From a virus (lineage: Duplodnaviria > Caudoviricetes), in the IMG/VR virus record IMGVR_UViG_3300021431_000089, positions 32,001-96,000 of that record: a stretch of 64,000 nucleotides of DNA. One strand, given 5' to 3'. Numbering within the stretch: position 1 is the stretch's first letter; each line of letters opens with the position of its first letter. The position numbers were made by a program, and so were the translations under genes. The notes under the pieces are model-generated. The model was not told the origin of the DNA. It made no database searches and saw only the letters and a program-made list of their open reading frames with translations. Positions 1 through 9,500 of this stretch are shown in pieces.

Positions 1-1
1 A

Positions 2-166
2 GCTGCTAACAACAACCGCATGGCACAGATCCTTGCCGACAATGCAGCTCAGACAGCGGCACTTGAGCATTATCTGAACCCGTCACCTATCCCCGCCTAC
101 ATGGTTCAGAACCCGAATTGCTGTGCTAACAATATGTGCGGATACGGCTGTGGTTGCGGCGCCTAA
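2..166 (+). CDS. 3' end of Cys/Gly-rich hypothetical protein (partial)
   Basis: Frame from position 2 reads ...PSPIPAYMVQNPNCCANNMCGYGCGCGA with TAA at 164-166, followed by the RBS of the next gene. Confidence 0.75.
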   Translation, partial: AANNNRMAQILADNAAQTAALEHYLNPSPIPAYMVQNPNCCANNMCGYGCGCGA

Positions 167-180
167 CAGGAGGTGCTGAC

Positions 181-627
181 ATGGCTGAATTCAGTAACGA
201 TGCTAGACAGATTATCAATCCGGGCGCATCTGCTGTGTTCAATGTAACTGTTGAGCCATGCAGATACGGTCTTGTAAGGCATAGAGAAGGAGCAGGCAAC
301 TTCCTGCTCAGTGGATATGTCTCCCCTTCTCCGTGTGGATGCAGAAGATCGGCAAAGTATACAATCAAATTCGGTGCCAACATTGCGGTGCCGGAAGGAG
401 AGACCGTCGGCCCGATCTCTGTGTCTATTTCGTTGGACGGTGCGAACGTTCCGGCAACAGAGATGATTGTTACACCTGCCGCCGTTGAGGAATTCTTCAA
501 CGTAGGCCGTGCAGCAAGCATTGGTGTTTGGAACGGTTGCTGTGAGACTGTGACAATCACAAATACAAGTACTATCCCTATCGCTATGGCGAATGCGAAT
601 ATCGTCATCAAGCGGGATGTGAGGTGA
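181..627 (+). CDS. Cys-containing beta-rich hypothetical protein (possible BclA-CTD-like jelly roll)
   Basis: AGGAGGT RBS then ATG at 181; PCGC and GCC motifs, beta-strand pattern. Confidence 0.6.
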   Translation: MAEFSNDARQIINPGASAVFNVTVEPCRYGLVRHREGAGNFLLSGYVSPSPCGCRRSAKYTIKFGANIAVPEGETVGPISVSISLDGANVPATEMIVTPAAVEEFFNVGRAASIGVWNGCCETVTITNTSTIPIAMANANIVIKRDVR

Positions 628-630
628 GCT

Positions 631-1029
631 ATGGAGATCGAAAAAGTTTTAGAGAATCTCGAAGATTCAATCAGTACCGAACTCGAGAAGATGGTCAAAA
701 AGGGAGACCTTACTCCTACGGAAGTACAGAACGCAACAGACGCTGTCTGTTTACTTGAAAAAATTCGTAAATTTAACGGCGAATTCGACGATGAAGAAGA
801 TGAATATTCTGAACGCAGTGATTCGCCCGCGAGCTACCGTCGTGGTAGCTATGCGAGAGGCAGAGGCCGCAGATATGCAAACAGATACGAACATTATGAA
901 CATGGCGAAAGTCGTCATAGCATTAATGATCGTATCATTGACCGGCTTGAGAGGATGATGGATGATGCCGGCTCAGAATATGAGCGTGGTATTCTCGCCG
1001 GTTGGATCGCTAAAGTGGCGGCCGAGTAA
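631..1029 (+). CDS. hypothetical protein with acidic tract and SYRRGSYARGRGRRY segment
   Basis: GAGGTG RBS; 132-aa ORF. Confidence 0.7.
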   Translation: MEIEKVLENLEDSISTELEKMVKKGDLTPTEVQNATDAVCLLEKIRKFNGEFDDEEDEYSERSDSPASYRRGSYARGRGRRYANRYEHYEHGESRHSINDRIIDRLERMMDDAGSEYERGILAGWIAKVAAE

Positions 1030-1107
1030 CTTTCGCAATAAGTGGTAATTATTAGCTGTACGCTATGACCGCCAGGATAACCTGGCGTTTTATATTTGAG
1101 GGTGTAC

Positions 1108-1143
1108 GAAGGCACCTCCACGCGGGGTGCCTTCTTTTCTTTT
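1108..1143 (+). terminator. intrinsic terminator
   Basis: GAAGGCACCTC-cacgc-GGGGTGCCTTC then TTTTCTTTT. Confidence 0.75.
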
Positions 1144-1159
1144 AAAGCTGAATAGCTAA

Positions 1160-1711
1160 GTGAGGGATATTTTGGAGAGCAAAGAAACACCTGACGAGAT
1201 TACATTGGTGATCGATAATCCGTTGTTGGATAAATACGCAGAGGCGTATTTCAAACAGCATCCAAAGGCGCGAGTCCGCCCTATCAAACAACCATTCCAC
1301 GAATCGATTAACCAATGGATGATTATGAAGCGGCCGATGATGAATGGCCTCAAACAAAAATGGAAGGACTTTATTTGCTGGTTCGTTGAGGAACAAGGTT
1401 ATTCTAACCTGCGCATTAAACGATGTGAGATTTCACAAAAAATATATTACGAGACGAACCGCAGGCACGATCTTGATAACGGTGTGCCCAAGTTTATTTT
1501 AGATGGGCTCGTACAGAGCGGCATGATTGATGATGACGACTCGACACACATTGCAAAGATTACGTTGGAATGTGCGACGGATCACGATAACCCGAGAACG
1601 GTCTTGAGGATCATCGTGCATGAATACGCGGCCGCGGACGAACCGTTACCGTTATGGAAAACAAAAGAGATAAAGGAGAATGAAAATGACAAAAGCGATG
1701 AAAATTGTTGA
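1160..1711 (+). CDS. rusA: RusA-family Holliday junction resolvase
   Basis: RRHDLDN..PKFILDGL...GMIDDDD catalytic pattern; start uncertain. Confidence 0.8.
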   Translation: MRDILESKETPDEITLVIDNPLLDKYAEAYFKQHPKARVRPIKQPFHESINQWMIMKRPMMNGLKQKWKDFICWFVEEQGYSNLRIKRCEISQKIYYETNRRHDLDNGVPKFILDGLVQSGMIDDDDSTHIAKITLECATDHDNPRTVLRIIVHEYAAADEPLPLWKTKEIKENENDKSDENC

Positions 1712-2309
1712 ACCAACAACAGAAGAAAAGACAATGGCCAGCAAGGTAATTATCGACACATCATTTGTTAATAATGAAGTTATTAAATTTAAATGGCATA
1801 ACATCGACATCGATGTAAAACGTTCCCTTCCTATGGAAGATGCAATGGGTTACATCAACGATGTCGTTGCTGGTTGTCTCGATGAGAATGGATCATATTA
1901 TCCAGAAGCAATTGATTTCATGCGTCGACGTGAATTCATTCGTCGTTATACGAATATTGAATTGCCGAACAACACGAGCGATGAGTATAGGATTTTATAC
2001 GGCACAGACTTGTATGACAGCATCCTTGATGTTGTTGACGGCGATCAGGCGGATTCTCTTTGGTGGGCGATTAGTGATCGCATAAATATGATCAAAAATG
2101 ATCGACGCGATGCAGTCGAAAAAGAAATGGCAGAGCTGTATTCAGTGATTAAGAACTTAACTGATGTTTTACAAGCCACCGTTGGTGATGTTAATAGCGA
2201 GCAGATTTCAGATTTTTTAAAGATTGTGGCAAAAAACGACATTGACGAGAAATCAATCGTGTCGGCTTTGCTAGATGAAAAAAACAAAAGAGCTGCTGCT
2301 GAAGAGTAA
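1680..2309 (+). CDS. hypothetical protein, possible tail assembly chaperone; paralog of next gene
   Basis: AAGGAG RBS; upstream of tape measure; aligns by eye with 2365..2742. Confidence 0.55.
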   Translation: MKMTKAMKIVEPTTEEKTMASKVIIDTSFVNNEVIKFKWHNIDIDVKRSLPMEDAMGYINDVVAGCLDENGSYYPEAIDFMRRREFIRRYTNIELPNNTSDEYRILYGTDLYDSILDVVDGDQADSLWWAISDRINMIKNDRRDAVEKEMAELYSVIKNLTDVLQATVGDVNSEQISDFLKIVAKNDIDEKSIVSALLDEKNKRAAAEE

Positions 2310-2364
2310 TTGCGAGTTTATTAGATGAAGGAGGAGGGTGCTACATTAATGCACCGTTGATATT

Positions 2365-2742
2365 ATGGGACAAATTAAAAAACTATCTGCGGGCGAGGTA
2401 ATACGCGTAACAGGCATTTCTGGGAAGCAGGCAAAAAAAGTAGTGTGGCACTCGGCAGATTTGACAATCCGGCAACTGTTGCCGGTCGATGAATATGTTA
2501 GTTTGGTGCAGAAAATAATTACCGATTGTGTTAATGGTGATGGCGAGTTGATGGTTGAGATGGTTGATTTCTCTATAAGGAAAAACATCGTTGAATCGTA
2601 TGCATACGTCGATCTCCCTTCCAATCCATCTGACCAATACTATGTTTTATACATGTCTGACATTTATGACTGCGTGTGCAGAAATGCTTGTCGTAGTCAA
2701 ATTGAAGCCATATGGGAGAGCGTTGCTCTTTACACGAGGTGA
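2365..2742 (+). CDS. hypothetical protein, paralog of 1680..2309
   Basis: Shared WH..D, LP, DF..R, Y....LP.N.SD.Y..LY..D.YD pattern. Confidence 0.55.
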   Translation: MGQIKKLSAGEVIRVTGISGKQAKKVVWHSADLTIRQLLPVDEYVSLVQKIITDCVNGDGELMVEMVDFSIRKNIVESYAYVDLPSNPSDQYYVLYMSDIYDCVCRNACRSQIEAIWESVALYTR

Positions 2743-2745
2743 CGG

Positions 2746-3522
2746 ATGGCGAGATTGTCGGTACGTCAGGCGATTAACAACGCCGCAGCGAAGATTAATG
2801 AAGCGCAATCGGAAGCTGACGCAAAAACACTTAGGGCGATATACAAACGATACCTGCCAATAGAAAAACGTGTGTATACGCGCATATTTAATGATATCAT
2901 TACAACATTCTATAATTCATACGACCCAACCAGGTATAGCCGACAAGGTAATGTAGGTTCAAAAAAAGGTGGATTATATAACGTACTCGATATTGAGCGG
3001 GCACGGCGCAAGCAATCGGACTCTTTTGGAACATATACTATCGGTGTTGACGATGATGACGGGTACAGCATGATCAACCCGGAAGAAATGACGATTCAAA
3101 AATACGGCGCGGGTAAATATAATGCTCCGGAAGAAATTTTCCATACTGTTTTTGAAATGGGGTTTCATGGCGGGGCAAGAAAAATATCAGCACAAAAGGC
3201 TAAAAAATGGGGGCAACACCCTCAGCCAGGAGTTCCATTTTACAGGCGTCGTGGTTTCGTTACTGCAGACAATGGAAAAAAAATCAACCACAGGTGGGGT
3301 CGGTGGTTCCCAGCAACCAGCCCGGCCAAGTCTAGTCTCTCTCCAAAGAGTCAATTTATTAAGGAGACAGAAGACCTAGGCGATGTTGGTGGGGAACTGT
3401 ACGAGAAATTAAGCACAATCGCGCATGAAGAAAATGCGAAAACGCAGAAAATATTAGTGCCAAAGCTCAGGGAAATTTTCATTAGAGAAACCGTCCAAGC
3501 ACTCAAGAAGGGAGGTGATTGA
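2746..3522 (+). CDS. hypothetical protein (tail module)
   Basis: GAGGTG RBS; 258 aa; directly before tape measure. Confidence 0.6.
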   Translation: MARLSVRQAINNAAAKINEAQSEADAKTLRAIYKRYLPIEKRVYTRIFNDIITTFYNSYDPTRYSRQGNVGSKKGGLYNVLDIERARRKQSDSFGTYTIGVDDDDGYSMINPEEMTIQKYGAGKYNAPEEIFHTVFEMGFHGGARKISAQKAKKWGQHPQPGVPFYRRRGFVTADNGKKINHRWGRWFPATSPAKSSLSPKSQFIKETEDLGDVGGELYEKLSTIAHEENAKTQKILVPKLREIFIRETVQALKKGGD

Positions 3523-3527
3523 CATTC

Positions 3528-6500
3528 ATGCCTGATATTGTCATTCAAAATAATAACAATTTTAGCATCGACAATGAGGCTGAAATTGCAAGATTGGAAA
3601 AGGATTTAGCAGCATCTGACGCTGAGATGACGAAGTTGCGAGCGCATGCCGAAGAGTTAGAGCGGAATTGGGAAAGAGTTAATGGCGAACTGGAAACCAC
3701 TAATGATTTGCTTGAAAGCGCACGGCAGAGAGTGTCTATGCTTTCGCGTTCGGGTGATTTTACAAAAACGTTTCAGCGTGGTATTAGGGAACTACAAGGC
3801 TATCTCAAAAGCGTCAATTTCAATGATATTGAAGGCCGTGAGCATAAGGATGTCAAAGGATGGATCGAAGAGGTCGGCAAAGGCGCTATCACAGCCGGAG
3901 AGGCAATTGAAAAATTCAAAACACAATATAAAGAATATATTCTTTCTGCCGTTTCAGATTCCGGTGATCAGGGTAAATTTTTTACAGATTTGGCCGTTTC
4001 CCTCGACAACCTAGCAGAAACTGCAAAAAAAGTTTTAGACATAGTTACAGACTTAAAGACAAATGGCGTCCAAACGGTGCAGGAAGTTAAGAGCGGTGTG
4101 GACGGTGCCAATAGCACTATCTCTAAAACAACAGACACAATGACTGGCCTGACGGCAGTGTCCAAGGAGACTGCTGAGGGCATGCAGGGCATCGTGACGT
4201 CTTTGAAGGATTTTGCGGAGGTTGGGGCCGGAACAAACATTGCGAACGTGACGGCATCGCTAAATGCATTAGCCGGAGTTGGGCGAGGAACTTTTGGCGA
4301 TAAGTCTGTAAAGAATATTGTTTACCTTGTCCAACAGCTACAAGCATTATCGGCTCAGGGACAAAATATTCAGCCGATTAAATTTGATGTAACTGGTGTA
4401 GCGGCTTTGAAGAGCATCGACTCTAAATCTGCAGATAACATAATAAAAGTTGTTGATGCTCTATCGAAGATGACCCCAGCCATCGAGTCTATTGCCAGCA
4501 TCGGCTCATCGGCTGACGGGATTAAAAGTCTTATTGAGCTGTTTAAGACAGATCCATCTGGGGGGATCAATAATTTAAAAGTTAGTAAGGCTTCGTTGTC
4601 GAATTTAAAAGAGTATCTCCCTCAGATCGCAGGGGTCAATACAAAGAAGCTTCAAGAGATCTTTGGTATCAACACAGCAGGCATTAACAGTCTCAAGGTC
4701 AGTAAGGCTTCTGTTACAAATGTTGTTAATTTGGCACGGGCAGCAGAAATATTACGAACCAATGGTATCGACTTATCCCTTAAGGGCGATGCGATTGATG
4801 AGTTAAACAAGCTGACTCAGGAAGCCGTGGATGCGACTGATGCAACCGAGCAACTTGATCGCAGCCTCGATAATGTTTCTGAGGCATCTAGTCTTAATAA
4901 GACGTTAACAGAAACAGGAAGCCTTCTTGACGGTGTGACTCTGAAAATAGAAAAATTCACCGATGGTTCGTTCAAGAACATGCAGGATCAGCTGAAGGAA
5001 AAGTTCCCGTCTATCGATGAATCATCGCGGAATCAAATATTATCCGTTTTGCAGGACGTCGAAGGAAAGATCACATCGGTACAGGCAAAATGGGCAGAAT
5101 TCCAACACACTGGCGCTAAGCAGGTTTCGCAGCTCTTAATAAACGGCGTCGACGAGCTTGGCAGATCCTTTCAAAAGGTTATTAACTGGCAAGAGATTTT
5201 GGCCGATAGAGAGAGTCAGACATATAAAATTGTTCCATTTGCCGAAGAGACTGTTAAATTCACGGCGCAAGAAGAGAAACTAATTGAAATTGACGGTCGC
5301 TTAGCAGATGTTATCGTCGCCAAGCGCAAGGCTCAAGAAGATTATAATGCCGCTTTGGAGGCTGGTGTCGCAAGCAAAGAACTTGGTCAAATGAAGAACC
5401 TCATCGGTTCGTATGAGATGCTTGAAGACGCCATTAAGAGAGGCGGCGTGGCGCAAAACGACTACACCCTCTTTATGAGTAATGCAGCTTCGAAGAGTAG
5501 GCTGTTAACAAGCGTTCTCAGAGAACAGACCACCGCTCTAAAAGAGCAAGAGACGGAGATGGTCGATACCACGGCTGCAAGGCTGGAACTGCAAAACGCA
5601 CAGTTAAAAGTCCAAGGTGTCATCGATAAGGCGCTCAGCAATGGCGTCACAGAAGACAACGAGGCGCTCCGCGGCTTAATTGATATGCGAGATTGGTTTA
5701 GCCTTCTCGAGGAAGAAATAAGCCGTGTTGGCGTGTCACAGGAAAACTATGATTATGCATTAAAGAATTCTTCCGCTGAAATTCAGTTATACTCTAAACA
5801 ACTGGGATTCGCTATCGATTTAAACAAACAGGAGGCTGCCGCTGCCAGAGAGGCGGCAAAAGCAGAAGCGGCCCGTGTTAATCAGACTCAGGCTCGTGGC
5901 GCAATCACAACGGAGCGTGGGCGAGTTTCTGGCATTATCAACAGTGCTACTGGTTTGGGGTTGTCAGACCAGGACGCAAACTTACAAAGTTTGGTTACCT
6001 ACACCAATCTTCTTGATATTCTCGAAAATGAGTTAGAAAGTGCCAATCTCACACAAAAAGAATTCAATACGATTATGGGTAATCTGAAGTCAATCTTCAA
6101 AGAACCCGAAATCACAGTTAAAAATTTAACAAAAGCATTAAAAGAGCAACAGGCTCATATTGCCAAGTCTGCAAGCGTGTATAAAGATATTGAAAAAGCT
6201 TGTCAAGACTATGCAAAGGCGGCCGAAAGCACAGATGCAAACGTGCGCGGCGCTTATGACGGTATCAAGAAACTTAGTTTTAATCTGGATGAGGCAGGAG
6301 AGAAACTGCGAGCTGGAAAAATATCGGCCGAACAATACGACGAAGAGTTAAGAAATACTACAGCGTCGTTAAAAGAGTACGGCAAAACACTCGATGATGC
6401 GGGTTACGGAACGGATAAAGTTTCTAATAAGTTCGCCGAGTTAGCGCAGCAACTCACCCGTTTCATCACCCCTCTTTATCTTGCACGTAAGGCGTGGCAG

Positions 6501-9500
6501 ACCATTAAGGATATGGCTAACGTCGTCATTGAACTCGAAGATGCGTTTGCTCAGTTGCAGATCGTAACAGGCGCGACCGATAAAGAACTCGAAGAGTTCT
6601 ATGATACGGCAGCGAACATCGCGACGACACTTGGAAAGAGCATTACCGATATCGCGGCTTCAATTGAAGTTTTCTCTCGACTCGGTTATGCGTTACCAGA
6701 CGCAACGACGCTCGCGCAGTACGCAACGATCTTATCGAACGTTGCGAGTGTCTCAACAGATGAGGCGACGACTGGTTTAACCTCTATCATTAAAGGTTAC
6801 AACATGCATGTCGAACAAGCAGAACATGTTTCCGATGTGCTTGTAGATATTGGCCAGAAGTACGCAGTATCTGCTGGCGAAATGATGTCGGCATATGAAA
6901 GAGCTGGTGCTGCACTGGCGGCAACTAATACATCATTTGATAAATCCGCCGCTATTATTGCTGCAGCCAACGCAGCTATCCAAAATGCGAACACAGTCGG
7001 AACTGCCTTGAAGACCATTTCTGCACGTATCCGTGGTTCTAAATCCGATCTTGAAGAACTTGGCGAAGATACCACCCTTCTCGCCGATGGCTTCTCTAAA
7101 TATGCAAAGGAGCTGAAGGCGATCACTGGCGTCAACATCATGGTCGAAGGGACAACCAATCAGTTCAAAGACCTTTACGATATCATGGACGGCATTGCTG
7201 GTGTTTGGGATCAGCTCACCGACACTCAGCAGGCACGTGCCGCTGAAATCCTTGGTGGTACCAGACAGCTTCAGGTTATCGCCTCTATCATTAGTAACTG
7301 GGGTGATGCGGAAAAAGCATTAGTCACAGCACAGGAATCGGCTGGCGCTGCCGCACGTGCGAACACTATTTATATGGACACGACGACTGCCCATATGAAC
7401 CAGTTCAAAGCAGCATTTCAAGACCTTTCTCATACGCTTATTGAAAGCGATCTGTTAAAGGGGGTCGTTGATCTTGGCACTAATCTCTTAAAGATGGCCG
7501 ATGCGGCAATCGAGCTCACAAGGTCGTTAGGTGGATTGAAACCTATACTCGGTGCGATTGTCGGACTCGTGTTAATGCTTCGCGGAGATGCGGTAATCGG
7601 TCTTGTCAGCAAGCTTGGCGGTGTCTTTAGTAAGGTTATTACTGGTTTGATCAGTGGCCTACAAGCTGTTACAACGGCTGGTACTGGAACTATCACTGTA
7701 CTTGACCTTGTTAATGGAACAGCAAATACAGCGGCTGCCAGCATGACCACTTTCCTCTCTGTTGCTGGCATGGCTGTTATCGCCATTTCTGCTTTAGCAG
7801 CAGCGATTAAGTCTGCACGCGAAGAACGCAGAGCTGAAGCCGAGGCTTCGATCAAAGCTGGGCAGGCTTATGCCGATGAAGAAAAAGAACTGTTGGAACT
7901 CGTCAATAAATATGAGGATCTCGAAAGAAGCGGTGCCGCGCATGAGGACATCATGGCCGCCAGAGACGCAGTTATCGATAAACTGCGCGAGGAAGGACAA
8001 GAAGTTGAAGAGCTAAGTGATCGTTACCGCGATTACACACAGGAAGTCCGCAATTCTGTTATCGAGAAATTAAAAGCTGACAGTTATAACCGAGGCAATT
8101 CCATTGAATCGGCAAGGGAACAGTTGGATACTGAGAATTATGGTGGCTATCGCGATGTACGTACCATTGAATGGGATAGAAGCGATAGACAGAAAAATAC
8201 AGAAGCTCTTAAATCGATTCGTGAATATCTGCAGTTATCCAAAACTGGTAACAAGGGTGATCGCGCCGAGATCCAGTTAGATGTCGAGACGGGTAATGCG
8301 ATGGATGCATTCAACAAAGTTGAAGCAGCCATGAAGAAACTGCAGGAAGAAGGCAACACAACTAACGCAGTATACCGTGAGTTGTCAAGAATGTATGACG
8401 AACTCTCAGCTGGGGTTGACACGTATAATGGTTTGCTTACCGATCAGTTAAACACAACAGCGGCTATCCAGATGTTGTCTACCGAAACTCCTAAGTCGAT
8501 TGATGACTATGTCAGGATGAGGGAAAGCATCATCGGAATGATTTCCGGCCAGGAAGAGTTCAAGAATACAACAATCGATGTTGCGGCAGCCGTTGACAAC
8601 TTCCTCGCAAAACAAACAGATTTTGAATCATTTAACGCAGCGCTGAAGAATGTTAGCGAAGACGCTAAAGCCGAATATGATTCGTTACTAAAAGAAGTTT
8701 CCGATAAGAATATCGATATAACAAAGACCGTCTACGGCAATATCGATATGAATCATCGTCAGGCCATTGAGTGGACGAATGAGATGATCTCCAAATATAT
8801 CCACGAACTTGAATCGTGGGGAGAGGATATTAATTCGATTCGCGACACTCTCGGCGGCACCGTTTCTACTGTATACGGCGGATCCGAAGAATTCGATGGA
8901 ATTGAAATTGCTTTCTCGCCTATTCTGCAAACAGAGAACGGCCCCGTTCTCCTATCTTCTGACTCCGTGTATTCTTATATCGAAGCACTGCTTGATAAGG
9001 TTCGCGCATCTGGTGAGTCATGGACGACAGAAGATCTCTTAAAACTTGACTCAGAAGGTCTTGTGATTGAAGGCCAGCGCATCCAGAATATTATCGCGGA
9101 CGTCGGCGAAACAGCAATAAAAACTGGCGAAGCGATGCATTACGTCGGTGATAGCGGTGCATTGGCTATGGCCCGTGAGGAACTCTACAAACTTGCATAT
9201 CAGGCATATGCCGCTGCAGATAGTGCGAATGCGCTCGAACAGGCTTATGCCGGGTTTAGTGATGTAAAGTCGGCGTTTGACGGTGTGACAACATCGTTGA
9301 AAGCTATCACAGATATGCAAGACCTTGTCGCCGAGGGATTTGATGTTGATGTCGAGAAAGCAATGGCGCTTGCCGAAACATATCCGCAAATTCTCGACAA
9401 TGCTACAGTCACAGCTGACGGGCAGTTACTATTAAATGAGGCAACAGTCAACTCTTTCCTCGAAAGCAAACAGGCTGAAATCGGTGCATCGATTGATGCT

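Noticed and set aside
2277-2303. A-AAA-AAC slippery heptamer at the end of 1680..2309 as a G/GT chaperone frameshift
   Set aside because: The -1 frame reaches TGA within about five codons, so no fusion to the next gene
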